Origin: an uncultured Veillonella sp.
Lineage (GTDB): Bacteria > Bacillota > Negativicutes > Veillonellales > Veillonellaceae
Assembly (NCBI GenBank): GCA_963518505.1
Contig: CAUQIT010000012.1
Location: 6,858 to 70,857, forward strand
Reading direction: 5' to 3'
DNA length: 64,000 bases
Shown here: piece after piece, positions 30,820 to 42,152 of the stretch
Numbering within the stretch: position 1 is the first letter of the stretch
Layout of the letters: each line of letters begins with the position of its first letter
Program-made: the position numbers and the translations under genes
Notes under the pieces: generated by a model
The model's input: only the letters and a program-made list of their open reading frames with translations
What the model was told of the DNA's origin: nothing
Database searches by the model: none

Positions 30820-31757
30820 TCAATCACCGCTAAAATTTGTTCCAATGCTTCATGGATAGGACTTTCGATGGAGCAACCGGCCGCTCGAATATGACCACCG
30901 CCGCCAAAGTGACTAGCAATTTGATTCGCATCTCGTACTTTGCTACGAATGCTGGCACGTGTCAAGGTTTCCGTTTTAGATTTCAACACGATAGCCACGT
31001 CCACGCCCTTGATATTTCGAATCATGTCCACAAATCCATCGGTATCATCCCCAATGCGTTCCATCAAAGGCAATGTTAACGACATAGATACCACTTGCCC
31101 AGCATGATGAAACTTTACATTGTCTAGAACTTCTTTCATCACCTCGATGCGACCTGGTTCCACCATTTCTATGGCTTCGGAAATCACATGTGGCTCTGCT
31201 CCTGCTTGTAAACATAACCCTGCCATTTCCATGGTATGGGCTGTAGTATTGGAGAATTTAAAGAACCCTGTATCTGTAGCCATAGCCATGTACAAAGCTT
31301 GTCCCATCGATTGAGTGATTTCCCAATTCCATATCTTACATAGGTACGCCACTGTTTCTCCAGTAGAAGAAAAATCAGGACGTAAATATAAGCCGTCTGC
31401 AAATTCTGTATTAGAAATATGATGGTCTATATTAAAAGTAGGTGCACTCACTCGTACACCTACTTCTCCAATTCGTTCAAATGTGCTAGCGTCCAAAATA
31501 AGTAGCATATCCGATGTATAACCGGTTTCCAAACTTTCAATAGGCTCAATCTTAGAAGATAAAGGAAGAAAAGAAAATTTTTCAGGAATCACATCATCTA
31601 CGACCATGCGGACTGCTTTTCCTTGGGCTACCAAGGTTTCATACATAGCGAGCATGGAACCAATAGCATCTCCATCAGGACTAACATGAACAGTAAGAAG
31701 AATGGAATGGGCTGTATCAATCGCGGTTTTAAGTTGATCAATACTAATTTTTGCCAT
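30816..31757 (-). CDS. nrnA: DHH/DHHA1 phosphoesterase (NrnA-type oligoribonuclease / pAp phosphatase)
   Basis: Carries the HVSPDGDAIGS, DHH and GGGH motifs. Confidence 0.88.
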   Translation of the reverse strand: MAKISIDQLKTAIDTAHSILLTVHVSPDGDAIGSMLAMYETLVAQGKAVRMVVDDVIPEKFSFLPLSSKIEPIESLETGYTSDMLLILDASTFERIGEVGVRVSAPTFNIDHHISNTEFADGLYLRPDFSSTGETVAYLCKIWNWEITQSMGQALYMAMATDTGFFKFSNTTAHTMEMAGLCLQAGAEPHVISEAIEMVEPGRIEVMKEVLDNVKFHHAGQVVSMSLTLPLMERIGDDTDGFVDMIRNIKGVDVAIVLKSKTETLTRASIRSKVRDANQIASHFGGGGHIRAAGCSIESPIHEALEQILAVID

Positions 31758-32107
31758 TATTGTTCCTCTTGTTTAATAGAATTTAATAATCCTTCGATGT
31801 GCATACTGTAATCTAAGGATGTATCTGCATCAAAGGCAATGCTAGGAATGTGGCGCAATTGGAGCACCTTTCCTAGTTCAGAACGGAAATAGCCAGCGCT
31901 TCTGCGCAAAGTCTCTAAAGACTGCTTTTTCTCCGCCTCACTGCCGAATAAGCTTACGTAAATCGTAGCTTCTCGCAAATCACCTGTCACACGCACATCG
32001 GTAACAGTAACAAATCCGATGCGAGGGTCTTTCAACCCACGCAATAAGATTTGACTTGCTTCTTGTTTAATAAACTCTTGTAATTTTCGTACACGAACTT
32101 CGCTCAT
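31757..32107 (-). CDS. rbfA: Ribosome-binding factor A
   Basis: Supported by size, position after infB and the VTVTDVRVTGDL motif. Confidence 0.92.
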   Translation of the reverse strand: MSEVRVRKLQEFIKQEASQILLRGLKDPRIGFVTVTDVRVTGDLREATIYVSLFGSEAEKKQSLETLRRSAGYFRSELGKVLQLRHIPSIAFDADTSLDYSMHIEGLLNSIKQEEQ

Positions 32108-32116
32108 GGATATCTC

Positions 32117-34726
32117 CTATAATTCTGGGGCAATTTCTTCCATTTTGTACGCTTCGATCACGTCGCCTTCTTTCACATCGCGGTAACGTTCCAAAGAAAT
32201 ACCACATTCAAAGCTTGTCGCTACTTCTTTCACTTCATCTTTGAAACGGCGCAAGGAATCAATATGACCTTCATGGATAACAATACCATCACGGATTAAG
32301 CGAATTTCAGAGTTATTTGTGATTTTACCTTCCGTTACATAAGAACCAGCTACGATAGCTTTCGGCGTAGAAATGACTTGACGAACTTCTGCACGGCCTA
32401 GGATAACTTCTTTAAATTCAGGAGTTAACATGCCTCGCATAGCGGCTTCGATTTCATTGATGGCATCGTAAATAACACGGTATGTACGAAGGTCAACACT
32501 TTCTTTTTCAGCTTCTTTACGTACATTCGCATCTGGACGTACGTTAAAGCCGATAATAATCGCACCCGATGCAGAGGCTAACATTACGTCAGATTCGTTG
32601 ATGGCACCTACTGCACTATGGATAGTATTGATGCGTACTTCTGGGTTTTTAATGCCCTCTAAAGATTGACGTAACGCTTCTACAGAACCTTGTACGTCAC
32701 CTTTAATAATAATATTTAAGTCTTTCAATTCTCCTTGTTGCATTTGGTTGAACAAATCATCAAGAGTGACTTTTGTTTTCGCATTCATTTCAGTAATGCG
32801 TTGTTTTTCAATACGTTTTTCCGCAATGGAACGAGCTTCGTTGTCATCTACAGCGAACATCACTTCACCAGCTTGTGGCACATCGGATAAACCTAAGATT
32901 TCCACAGGCATAGATGGACGAGCTACTTTCACTTTTTCCCCGCGTTCATTGGTCATGGCACGTACTTTACCATATGCCACACCAGCAAGGATTGTTTCCC
33001 CTACACGTAAGGAACCTTTTTGTACCAATACTGTACATACGGGACCACGACCTTTATCCAATTGGGCTTCGATAACGATACCTTGTGCCTTACGGTTAGG
33101 GTTCGCTTTCAATTCTTGTACTTCTGCTACCAACAAGATCGTTTCCAATAGATCTTCAATACCTTGACGTTGTTTCGCAGATACAGGAACCATGATAGTA
33201 TCGCCACCCCACTCTTCTGGCAACAAACCATGTTCGGACAATTGTTGTTTTACATGGTCAGGGTTAGCACCTGGTTTATCCATTTTATTGATGGCTACGA
33301 TAATTGGCACTTCTGCGGATTTCGCATGGTTGATAGCCTCAATAGTTTGTGGCATAACACCGTCATCAGCAGCTACGACAAGGACTGCGATATCCGTGGA
33401 TTGAGCACCACGTAAACGCATGGCTGTGAAAGCTTCATGACCTGGTGTATCAAGGAATGTAATTTTATTACCTTCATAACGAACTTGGTAGGCACCGATA
33501 TGTTGCGTAATACCGCCTGCTTCAGAGGCTGTTACATTGGTAGAGCGAATCACGTCCAATAAAGACGTTTTACCATGGTCAACGTGACCCATGATCGTAA
33601 CAACTGGAGGACGAGCTACTAAGCTTTCTGGGCTATCTTCGATTTCGATGATTTCTGTAGGATCTTGTTCAGGCTCCACTTCCACCACTTCTACACCGAA
33701 GTCTTCTGCCAATACCATAGCCGTTTCCACATCGATTTCCTGATTGATCGTAGCCATAACACCTAACATCATCAATTTTTTGATGATTTCAGAGACTTCA
33801 CGACCCATCTTTTCAGCCAATTCTTTAACAGTTAACGGACCAGATAGTTCGATAGACGTAGCAATCGCTGCTTCTGCTTTACGACGTTCTTCTTCTTTTT
33901 GTTTGATGTGTTGCTCATTACGCTGTTTAACTTTATTTTTATTTTTTTGCAACGCAGAAGACACCAAGGATTGTGTACGTTCGCCTTTTTTACCTTTTTT
34001 ATCTTTCTTATTGCGACGCTCGTTACGGTTTTCATTACGATGTTCAGACTCATAACGGCGATTTTCTTTCTGACGGTCTGCTTCACGGCTAGCTTGACGA
34101 TCACGCCCTTCTGGTTTTGCTGTCATTGCTGGGTCCACTTGTGGGATTTCCAAACGGCGTTCCCGGCGTTGTCCATCATTACGACGATCATTGTTACGAT
34201 CGTTATTACGCTCAAATCTACCACCATTGTTAGAACGATTACCGCCATTGCGGTTATCTTGACGTTGATCATTACGCCCTTCTGAACGGCGTCCATCACG
34301 GTTTTGTCCATTTCGTTGGTTAGAGCGATTGTCTCCACGGTCATTTCTGTCATTGCGGTGATCTCGCTGACCATTGTTTTTACCATCACGATTGAATGGA
34401 CGTTCGCGCTTTTCACTACGGTCATTGCGTTCTCCACGATCGTTGCGATGAGCTCTATCTTGTTTAGGCCCACGTCTTTCACCATCTTCATTGCGACGGT
34501 ATTCGTGTACTTTCTTTTGTGGTGCTTGCTGAGTTGCTTTTGGCGCTTCATTTTGTACTTGTTTAACGCCACCTGCTATCGATTGTTTAATCATAGATAC
34601 TTGTGAATCCTCCACTGTACTCATATGGCTTTTCACTTCTACATTGTGCTTTTTTAAAGCATCAATCACTACTTTATTTTCTACACCTAGGTCTTTTGCT
34701 ACTTCATATACTCTTTTTTTGGACAT
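32117..34726 (-). CDS. infB: Translation initiation factor IF-2
   Basis: Has the GTPase domain [17 protein letters not shown] and NKMD. The N-terminal region is low-complexity and rich in R, N, D and E. Confidence 0.97.
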   Translation of the reverse strand: MSKKRVYEVAKDLGVENKVVIDALKKHNVEVKSHMSTVEDSQVSMIKQSIAGGVKQVQNEAPKATQQAPQKKVHEYRRNEDGERRGPKQDRAHRNDRGERNDRSEKRERPFNRDGKNNGQRDHRNDRNDRGDNRSNQRNGQNRDGRRSEGRNDQRQDNRNGGNRSNNGGRFERNNDRNNDRRNDGQRRERRLEIPQVDPAMTAKPEGRDRQASREADRQKENRRYESEHRNENRNERRNKKDKKGKKGERTQSLVSSALQKNKNKVKQRNEQHIKQKEEERRKAEAAIATSIELSGPLTVKELAEKMGREVSEIIKKLMMLGVMATINQEIDVETAMVLAEDFGVEVVEVEPEQDPTEIIEIEDSPESLVARPPVVTIMGHVDHGKTSLLDVIRSTNVTASEAGGITQHIGAYQVRYEGNKITFLDTPGHEAFTAMRLRGAQSTDIAVLVVAADDGVMPQTIEAINHAKSAEVPIIVAINKMDKPGANPDHVKQQLSEHGLLPEEWGGDTIMVPVSAKQRQGIEDLLETILLVAEVQELKANPNRKAQGIVIEAQLDKGRGPVCTVLVQKGSLRVGETILAGVAYGKVRAMTNERGEKVKVARPSMPVEILGLSDVPQAGEVMFAVDDNEARSIAEKRIEKQRITEMNAKTKVTLDDLFNQMQQGELKDLNIIIKGDVQGSVEALRQSLEGIKNPEVRINTIHSAVGAINESDVMLASASGAIIIGFNVRPDANVRKEAEKESVDLRTYRVIYDAINEIEAAMRGMLTPEFKEVILGRAEVRQVISTPKAIVAGSYVTEGKITNNSEIRLIRDGIVIHEGHIDSLRRFKDEVKEVATSFECGISLERYRDVKEGDVIEAYKMEEIAPEL

Positions 34727-34739
34727 CTACATTCCCCCT

Positions 34740-35051
34740 CTACTGACTTTTATCTATTTCAGCTAGCAAGGATTTAGCAAATCCAGCATCATTTACTAAT
34801 ATAACTGCTCGCATTTCTTTTCCCAATGCTCTACCTAATTCCTCTTTGGTCCCTACTAAACGAAGTGGCACCTGATGAGACTCGGCTAAGTGCATATATT
34901 TTTTAGCATTATTCTGCGCACAATCTTCCGCCATAATCAACAGCGGATAGGCTTGCCGCTTCATGGATCGTTCCACTACAAAATCGCCTGATAATAAGCG
35001 ACCTGCTCGTTGTGCTAATCCTAATATATTTAACACTTTTTCTTTATTCAT
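34740..35051 (-). CDS. L7Ae-family RNA-binding protein YlxQ
   Basis: A 103-aa protein at the conserved position between ylxR and infB. Confidence 0.8.
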   Translation of the reverse strand: MNKEKVLNILGLAQRAGRLLSGDFVVERSMKRQAYPLLIMAEDCAQNNAKKYMHLAESHQVPLRLVGTKEELGRALGKEMRAVILVNDAGFAKSLLAEIDKSQ

Positions 35052-35310
35052 GGGATATTTGTTCCTTTAAAGATTCATAAATTTCTTGTGAAACTTTATG
35101 TTTTAACGAACGCTCTAATCGTTTGGCTTTATACGCCATGTCTAGGCATTCTACTTTCATTTCCATATAGGCTCCCCGTCCAGGGGCTTTACCTGTGGGG
35201 TCAATAGAAATCTCTCCCGTTGGACTCAACACAACACGTGTTAACTCTTTCTTAGGAAGAAGTTCTCCACATCCCACACATACTCGCATAGGCTGAGACT
35301 TCTGTTTCAT
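35044..35310 (-). CDS. YlxR/RnpM (DUF448) RNA-binding protein
   Basis: Carries the MRVCVGC motif and the conserved position after nusA. I prefer the ATG at 35310, just after the nusA stop. The track ORF starts at 35334. Confidence 0.8.
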   Translation of the reverse strand: MKQKSQPMRVCVGCGELLPKKELTRVVLSPTGEISIDPTGKAPGRGAYMEMKVECLDMAYKAKRLERSLKHKVSQEIYESLKEQISHE

Positions 35311-35311
35311 A

Positions 35312-36409
35312 TTAGTCTTCATCTCCAAAAGCATCCAAGGAAATCATATCATCAGATTCCACATATTCACCGGCTTCAGCGGCTTGTGTTTCACTTTTAA
35401 TATCGATTTTCCAATTTGTTAATTTCGCTGCTAGACGAGCATTTTGACCTGCTTTACCAATAGCTAACGAAAGTTGGTAATCTGGCACCACCACAGAAGA
35501 TGTTTTTTCTTCATCACGAGCTACTACGCTTACTACTTTCGCTGGGCTTAAGGCATTGGCAATATATACCGCTGGATCTTCATCCCATTTCACAATATCG
35601 ATTTTTTCGCCATTTAGCTCATCCACGATATTTTGTACACGTTGTCCTTTAGGACCTACACACGCGCCTACTGCATCTACTTCTTCCTCCCGAGACACAA
35701 CAGCGATTTTAGAACGCATACCTGGTTCACGAGCTACCGATTTCAATTCCACTGTACCTTCTGCAATTTCTGGTACTTCTAATTCAAACAAGCGCTTTAA
35801 TAGACCTGGATGTGTACGGGAAATCATGATTTGAGGCCCTTTTGTGGTTTTTTTCACTTCCACAATGTAACATTTAATGCGGTCTCCCACGGCATAGCTT
35901 TCACTAGGAATTTGCTCAGATACAGGTAAAATCGCCTCAGTTTTTCCTAGATTAATGAATACATTTCGACCTTCAATACGTTCTACCAAACCAGTCAAAA
36001 TATCGCCTTCACGGTTGGAATATTCATCATAGACAATGTTGCGTTCTGCTTCTTTCAATCGTTGAATCAACAATTGTTTTGCCGTATGGGCTGCACTACG
36101 ACCGAAGTTTTTTGGCGTTACATCCACTTCGATAATATCGCCGATTTCCATACGTTTGTCTAATTGACGAGCATCAGCTAAAGCAATTTCTACTTCCTCG
36201 TTTTCAGGCGTGTCCACTACTGTTTTCTTAGCCAACACTTTGTAATCTCCTGTTTCACGATTGAAATAAATATATGCCTCTTGATTGGCTCCTACCTCTT
36301 TGCGATAGGCTTGTAATAATGCCACTTCAAGAGAATCAAAAATAATCTCTGGTGCCACACCTTTTTGTTTAGTAACTGCTAATACCGCTTGTACTAATTC
36401 TTGACTCAC
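35312..36409 (-). CDS. nusA: Transcription termination/antitermination factor NusA
   Basis: Shows the S1 and KH domain layout and the expected operon context. Confidence 0.96.
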   Translation of the reverse strand: MSQELVQAVLAVTKQKGVAPEIIFDSLEVALLQAYRKEVGANQEAYIYFNRETGDYKVLAKKTVVDTPENEEVEIALADARQLDKRMEIGDIIEVDVTPKNFGRSAAHTAKQLLIQRLKEAERNIVYDEYSNREGDILTGLVERIEGRNVFINLGKTEAILPVSEQIPSESYAVGDRIKCYIVEVKKTTKGPQIMISRTHPGLLKRLFELEVPEIAEGTVELKSVAREPGMRSKIAVVSREEEVDAVGACVGPKGQRVQNIVDELNGEKIDIVKWDEDPAVYIANALSPAKVVSVVARDEEKTSSVVVPDYQLSLAIGKAGQNARLAAKLTNWKIDIKSETQAAEAGEYVESDDMISLDAFGDED

Positions 36410-36421
36410 TGGTTTCCTCCC

Positions 36422-36880
36422 CTAAAAATCTAAATGTAAACGAATTTGTGCAATCGCTGCACGTTCTAGGTCAATACGTTCTTCTTGCACCTGAATGGTG
36501 ATGACTTCATCAGAATAGCCTTGCAACGATCCTGTGTATTGTTTTTTACCATCTATGGGTTTAAACAATTGAATATCTACATCACGTCCATGGTATCGAA
36601 TGAAATCTTTTTCTTTTTTCAGCACTCGATCCAATCCTGGAGAAGATACTTCTAACAAGTAATTCTCTTTGATTGGGTCTTTTGCATCCAATACTTCACT
36701 TAATTTTTCACTGACCATTTGGCAGTCATCTAAATCGATGCCTCCCTCTTTGTCTAAAAATACGCGCAAGTACCATTCCCGCTCATGCACGTATTCCACA
36801 TCCACAAGCTCTAACTCCGTAGACTCTATAATCGTTTCTACTACTTCGGACACTAATTCCTCTACGGCGTCACGTTTCAT
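36422..36880 (-). CDS. rimP: Ribosome maturation factor RimP
   Basis: Supported by size, position upstream of nusA and the EVSSPGLDR motif. Confidence 0.93.
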   Translation of the reverse strand: MKRDAVEELVSEVVETIIESTELELVDVEYVHEREWYLRVFLDKEGGIDLDDCQMVSEKLSEVLDAKDPIKENYLLEVSSPGLDRVLKKEKDFIRYHGRDVDIQLFKPIDGKKQYTGSLQGYSDEVITIQVQEERIDLERAAIAQIRLHLDF

Positions 36881-36987
36881 CTTATCCCCTCCTTGCCACA
36901 GTATAAGAGAAAGAGTGAGCCACAGCTCACTCTTTTAATAGATTCTATAAAAGTTAACTCTAGTATACCACAACTAACTAAAAATAG

Positions 36988-37356
36988 CTACAGTAAACCA
37001 TTGCGTTTTAACGCTTCTTCCCACTCTGCTTCTTTAAATCCAACAAGCACTGTATCTTCTAAGACCAAAATAGGACGTTTCACCAACATACCATTGGTTG
37101 CCAATAAAGCTAATTTTTCATCCTCTGTCATAGTTGGCAATTTATCTTTGATTCCTTCTCCACGATAAATTTGACCAGATGTATTAAAGAAAGCTTTAAT
37201 ATCTGCTTTTTTACTCTTCGGATACCATACACCTAGTTCTTCTGCTGTAGGATTTTCTTCTTTAATATCACGATGGGTATAGCCAATGCCATGGTCATCT
37301 AAATATTTTTTTGCTCGTTTACAAGTTGTACATTTCGGATATTCAATATATAACAT
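36988..37356 (-). CDS. ArsC/Spx-family thioredoxin-fold protein
   Basis: Has an N-terminal CTTC in the MLYIEYPKCTTCKRAKKYL context. Confidence 0.75.
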   Translation of the reverse strand: MLYIEYPKCTTCKRAKKYLDDHGIGYTHRDIKEENPTAEELGVWYPKSKKADIKAFFNTSGQIYRGEGIKDKLPTMTEDEKLALLATNGMLVKRPILVLEDTVLVGFKEAEWEEALKRNGLL

Positions 37357-37379
37357 AGTCTGTGTCCTTTCTATTACTC

Positions 37380-37754
37380 TTAAATCTTACTTACCTCACA
37401 GCTTTCCTTAAGCATCTGTAATAAAACTTCCGTCATATTACTAGCGGCAAATACATAGTCTTTTAATTTGCCTCGTTCTTTCGCTACTTTCATCGCCGCT
37501 ACTTCAAACGGATCTAATACCACAGAAAGTACTGGTTTTTGATCTATCTCCATAGCTTCGTCCAAATAACCGGAAACACTCTCCCCTTCAGTAGGCTCGA
37601 AACGTTCGACCTTTACAATGGGGCAATATTCATACATCAATTTGCGAAGGACTATCATAAAGTAGGCTTTATCTTTCACAAATTGTGCCGCTTCATCTTT
37701 AGTCATACTAAAAATATCTACTTTTACCCGTTCCGTTTCACCCTGTGTTGTCAT
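37380..37754 (-). CDS. Hypothetical protein (124 aa)
   Basis: A clean ORF whose start lies 4 nt after the stop of the upstream aminopeptidase gene (37759). I recognise no family. Confidence 0.6.
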   Translation of the reverse strand: MTTQGETERVKVDIFSMTKDEAAQFVKDKAYFMIVLRKLMYEYCPIVKVERFEPTEGESVSGYLDEAMEIDQKPVLSVVLDPFEVAAMKVAKERGKLKDYVFAASNMTEVLLQMLKESCEVSKI

Positions 37755-37758
37755 AGGA

Positions 37759-39144
37759 TTATTCCCCTTTCGCTGCTAAAAACGCTAGATAACAACGTTT
37801 TGCCTCATAAATATCAGCTTTGCTCGTCACTTCCCAAGGAGAGTGCATACTAAGCACAGCTACGCCACAGTCGATTACATTCATACCATAGAGAGCCATG
37901 ATATACGCAATGGTACCGCCTCCACCGAGATCTACTCGGCCTAATTCAGCCGTTTGGTAAGAAATATTATCTTGATCCATCAAATAACGGATGCGAGCCA
38001 TATATTCAGCGTTAGCATCATTAGAGCCACTTTTACCACGAGAACCAGTAAATTTGTTAAATACTACACCACGTCCCAAGAAAGCGGCGTTTTTCTTCTC
38101 AAAAGCACTTGCATATAATGGATCAAAGCCGGCGCTTACATCAGAGGACAACATATGACTATTGGATAAAGTACGTCGTACTGCTAATGGAGAAGTATGC
38201 CCCATAGCTTCCAACAATTCTGCCATGAAGTTCTCAAAGAAACGAGATTGCATGCCTGTAGCCCCAACAGAACCGATTTCTTCTTTGTCTACCAATAAAG
38301 TACAGGTAGTACGGCTTACGTTCTCAGTTTCTAACATCGCTACTAAGGATGTATACGCACATACACGGTCATCTTGTCCATAGCCGATGATCATAGAACG
38401 GTCGAATCCTAACTCTCTCGCTGCACCAGCTGGTACAATTTCAAGCTCTGCAGATAAGAAATCTTCTTCTTCAAAACCATATTGCTCTTGTAGTACTTGC
38501 AATACATAGGCTTTCACTCCATCTTTTAGTTCGCCTTTCACAGGACGGCTACCAATAAGAAGATCCAATTGTTCTCCTTCTACCACTTTGGCAGCCTTTT
38601 TCTCCATTTGTTCCTGTCCCAAATGTGGCAATAAGTCGGTTACACAAAATACTGGGTCAGTTGGGCTTTCACCAATGGCAAGATTGATGACAGTACCATC
38701 ACGTTTTACCACTACTCCATGGATCGCTAGCGGCATGGTCACCCATTGGTATTTTTTGATGCCCCCATAATAATGTGTATCTAATAGTGCTAAATCACTA
38801 TCCACATAGAATGGATTTTGTTTTACGTCTAACCGAGGCGAATCAATATGAGCCCCTAAGATATTCATCCCTTGTTCAATCGGTTCTGTACCGATATTCA
38901 CCATAGCTACCGCTTTTTTCATGTGCACATAATAGACCTTATCTCCTGCTTTCAGCGTAGCACCTTCTTTGATAACACTGTCCATATTGCGATATCCAGC
39001 TGCTTCTGCAGCCTCCACAATTTGGTCTACACATTCGCGCTCTGTTTTACCATGATCTAGAAAACGGCGATACTTCATTGCTAAAATATCAATCTCTTGT
39101 AATTGTTCTCCTGTATATTCATGCCAAGCATTTCTACGTTCCAT
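37759..39144 (-). CDS. M18-family aminopeptidase
   Basis: Carries GAHIDSPRLD and a DDR..A segment, and ends with MHSPWE. Confidence 0.85.
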   Translation of the reverse strand: MERRNAWHEYTGEQLQEIDILAMKYRRFLDHGKTERECVDQIVEAAEAAGYRNMDSVIKEGATLKAGDKVYYVHMKKAVAMVNIGTEPIEQGMNILGAHIDSPRLDVKQNPFYVDSDLALLDTHYYGGIKKYQWVTMPLAIHGVVVKRDGTVINLAIGESPTDPVFCVTDLLPHLGQEQMEKKAAKVVEGEQLDLLIGSRPVKGELKDGVKAYVLQVLQEQYGFEEEDFLSAELEIVPAGAARELGFDRSMIIGYGQDDRVCAYTSLVAMLETENVSRTTCTLLVDKEEIGSVGATGMQSRFFENFMAELLEAMGHTSPLAVRRTLSNSHMLSSDVSAGFDPLYASAFEKKNAAFLGRGVVFNKFTGSRGKSGSNDANAEYMARIRYLMDQDNISYQTAELGRVDLGGGGTIAYIMALYGMNVIDCGVAVLSMHSPWEVTSKADIYEAKRCYLAFLAAKGE

Positions 39145-39175
39145 ACTTAGCTCCTTTCTTTCTTAATCCTAATTG

Positions 39176-40087
39176 TTATTTTTTACGTGCATACAATTCC
39201 CGTAATCCTTGGGGCGCATTCGTTACCATTTTAGACACAAAATAGCGCTTCCCTAAATGTTTACTAGTAGATTTCCCTACATACCAATGGACCCCAAAGG
39301 TGCCATGTTCCTTGCAAGATCCCATTGATAAAAAGCGATGTTTTACCACCCCTACAATAGGGTCTAAATGCAATGGTTCCCTACAAACAGGGCATACAGT
39401 TTTAGCCCGATTGCTTTGCCGGAATATACGTGGCATGGTCACAATAGACTCAAAAATTTTATGTTCATGCCGTGAAAGTCCGTAAAAACACCGTTGTTTA
39501 CCATGTTTTTCTTGTCTCTTTTGTAATGCTTTTAAAAATGGATAACGCTGACACACCATAGCTGTACAGATGGCATCATGCAAGCCATTATGGGCCTGTA
39601 AGTTCGGCACCTTCACTTGCATCTCTTCCATGGCTTTTTGCAATGCATATTGCTGGCTACTATTATGCATCGTATTAGCATATATAGATTGCGCATCAAA
39701 CCAAGGGATCTCCCGAGGTACATGTACATTATGACATAGGGCATTATCTAGAAGCATTTCAATATCATCAGGCCCCCAAGATAGCAAAATACCATCAGGA
39801 CCAATAAACCGTAGAAATTTTTCACATCCACGGCGAAAAGACACCCCTTCTTTACGTAATTTATCCATAGTAATATGGGTTAACTTCTCCACCGAATGAT
39901 GCATAATAGGTAGAAATTTAGGAGTAATGAATACTTCAAATTGGTCTACAATTTGCAGACTTTCATCTAGTTTTACGGCACCTATTTGTATAATCTCACC
40001 AATGAATGGAAACCCTGAGCGTCGTATCATATTCGGTTCTAATGTATAGGGCTGGTTCCATTCCAAGTCAAATACAATATAGTGCAT
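39176..40087 (-). CDS. DEDDh-type 3'-5' exonuclease domain protein with a Cys-rich C-terminal part
   Basis: Carries FDLEWN, IIQIGAVK and HNGLHDA. A CPVC...C..H segment lies in the C-terminal third. Confidence 0.75.
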   Translation of the reverse strand: MHYIVFDLEWNQPYTLEPNMIRRSGFPFIGEIIQIGAVKLDESLQIVDQFEVFITPKFLPIMHHSVEKLTHITMDKLRKEGVSFRRGCEKFLRFIGPDGILLSWGPDDIEMLLDNALCHNVHVPREIPWFDAQSIYANTMHNSSQQYALQKAMEEMQVKVPNLQAHNGLHDAICTAMVCQRYPFLKALQKRQEKHGKQRCFYGLSRHEHKIFESIVTMPRIFRQSNRAKTVCPVCREPLHLDPIVGVVKHRFLSMGSCKEHGTFGVHWYVGKSTSKHLGKRYFVSKMVTNAPQGLRELYARKK

Positions 40088-40089
40088 CC

Positions 40090-41136
40090 TTACTTCATAC
40101 CCTTTCTCTCTAACATTGTCCGTATGCCCGTTAATACAGATTCCTCAGAAATGACAGATATCCCTTTGTACTTGCCCTCCTTCAAAACCTGTTTCATATT
40201 TTTGTTCACATCATACTGTTCCATAGATTCTAAAACTACGGACTTTTCTGTGAAAGGACCATACAAGGCTGGATTCGATGGTCCATATAGCGCTACAATC
40301 GGCACTCCTTGGCTCACTCCTACATGCATAGGACCCGAGTCATTTGTGACCAAGCAATCACATCGTTTCATGGCTGAAGCCAATTCTCCAATATTGAACT
40401 GCCCCGTTCCCTTAATGGCAGATTCTATCATCGTATCTAGTACGTCCTGTACCATCTCTTCATCCATAGGTCCACCAAAGAATACTATTTTATATCCTTC
40501 TTTTGCTAAGGTGTCTGCAACATGAGCAAATCGTTCCTTGGGCCAACGTTTTTCTGGAACCGCACTACCAATATTGAACCCAATAAGGCAATCCGTTTCC
40601 GTCACTCCGTGAGAGGCATAAAACGCTTGTACCTTTTCATCCCACTCAGGGCTAGTAAAGATTTCTAACCCTCCATATTCCACCGTATATCCTAACTGTT
40701 CTAGCACATTCATATACATCTGCGCAGCATGCACCGTTTTGCGGTTCAACCGGGTTACCTTCGTCATAAACGGACGAAACAGAAAATGACTCATCCCCGT
40801 AGTTACCTTTGCTTTCAACTTCCAAGCTAAGTAGGATGTCCGTTCATTAGGATGCAAATTGATGACTACATCCACAGGTCCTTGTTGGCGAATCTCTTTA
40901 GCAATTTGATTCAACCCACCAATGCTATTATGGATGCCTTTTTTGTCCACTTCCACTAACTCATCAATGTAAGGATTATGACGATATACATCCGCTAGCT
41001 TCTTGTCTATCACATAGGTTATATGACTGTGAGGCGCCAACTTTCTAAGAGCATGGATAAACGGTGTAGTGAGCACCACATCGCCTAAATGCATTAAAAA
41101 GGTTACCACAATCCGCTTTCCATCTAACTCTATCAT
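40090..41136 (-). CDS. Glycosyltransferase family 9 (LPS heptosyltransferase-like)
   Basis: Shows a GT9 layout with HLGDVV and the C-terminal NDSGPMH. Confidence 0.85.
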   Translation of the reverse strand: MIELDGKRIVVTFLMHLGDVVLTTPFIHALRKLAPHSHITYVIDKKLADVYRHNPYIDELVEVDKKGIHNSIGGLNQIAKEIRQQGPVDVVINLHPNERTSYLAWKLKAKVTTGMSHFLFRPFMTKVTRLNRKTVHAAQMYMNVLEQLGYTVEYGGLEIFTSPEWDEKVQAFYASHGVTETDCLIGFNIGSAVPEKRWPKERFAHVADTLAKEGYKIVFFGGPMDEEMVQDVLDTMIESAIKGTGQFNIGELASAMKRCDCLVTNDSGPMHVGVSQGVPIVALYGPSNPALYGPFTEKSVVLESMEQYDVNKNMKQVLKEGKYKGISVISEESVLTGIRTMLERKGMK

Positions 41137-42152
41137 AGGTTCCTCATTTCTTTCACTGTATCAAATACAGTGTCCACCGTAATCTGTGTCATACATTCTA
41201 AATCTTCTACCAATGGTTGTTCTAGGGTCGCCCGTGATGTAGGTGACACAATGATATGAATATGATCGCCCCCATACGGACCTGTCCGTTCTGGGCAAGT
41301 CGTCCCAAACAGAGCAATCAATGGTACTTTTAAAGCATTGGCAATATGCAGAGGACCCGTATCAGCACTGATGTACAAGGCACTATGACGAATGACCTCA
41401 ATGAGTTCTTCTAAGTTCGTATCCCCAATGAGATTCACCACATTGTCACTACCAACACCGTTCACAATAGCACGTCCTTTATCCACATCCTCTTTGGCAC
41501 CAATGAGCACCACCGTCTCACCTGCTGCCACCAATCGTTTACCAAGGTCAATAAAATGAGGAATAGGCCATTCCTTCACTGTCCAGCGTGCCCCTGGAGC
41601 CATGACAATATAAGGATTTTCGATAAAAGCCCCTCTAGCATTTAACTTCTGCGTCACCGTAGCCTCCGCCTCTATGAAAGTCGGTAAAGGGAACACGATG
41701 TCATCTACATCACAGCCCAAGGCACGAGCTGTATCTAAATAGCGCTCGATAACATGGTCCATTTTATGATCACCTACTAGAGCTGTATTCACCAGCCAAC
41801 TGCCCTCACGAAGTTCCCAGTACGCATACCGTTTCTTTGCTCCACTTAGACCCGCCACGATGGCACTTTTCGCTATGGATTGTAAATCTAAGGAAATATC
41901 AAAGTTTTTTTCATGCAATAACTTCCATAATTGTTTCCAATAGGAAAAACGTTTTAGCTTTTTCTTATCTATGATAATAATCTCATCCACCCAAGGCTTC
42001 GGAGGGATAACATCCTTAAACTGTTCATGGACGGCCCATGCAATATGCGCCTTCGGATATTGTTGACGCAACGCATAGAGTGTTGGTAAGGCATGAATAA
42101 TATCGCCTAGAGAACTCATTTTAATGATTAAAATTCGTACATCTTCTTTCAT
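41133..42152 (-). CDS. Glycosyltransferase family 9 (LPS heptosyltransferase-like)
   Basis: Carries SSLGDIIHALP and SADTGPLHIA. It overlaps the downstream GT9 gene by 4 nt. Confidence 0.85.
   Translation of the reverse strand: MKEDVRILIIKMSSLGDIIHALPTLYALRQQYPKAHIAWAVHEQFKDVIPPKPWVDEIIIIDKKKLKRFSYWKQLWKLLHEKNFDISLDLQSIAKSAIVAGLSGAKKRYAYWELREGSWLVNTALVGDHKMDHVIERYLDTARALGCDVDDIVFPLPTFIEAEATVTQKLNARGAFIENPYIVMAPGARWTVKEWPIPHFIDLGKRLVAAGETVVLIGAKEDVDKGRAIVNGVGSDNVVNLIGDTNLEELIEVIRHSALYISADTGPLHIANALKVPLIALFGTTCPERTGPYGGDHIHIIVSPTSRATLEQPLVEDLECMTQITVDTVFDTVKEMRNL

Noticed and set aside
33744-34606. Multiple 90-150-aa ORFs on both strands inside the infB 5' region
   Set aside because: They lie fully inside infB in its quasi-repetitive low-complexity region. 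Their products are compositionally biased and they have no RBS or operon logic.
40082-40525. A 147-aa plus-strand ORF
   Set aside because: It is entirely antisense to the well-supported GT9 heptosyltransferase gene. The other long antisense ORFs inside purF, recD2, hsdM, feoB and the ATPase gene were rejected for the same reason.
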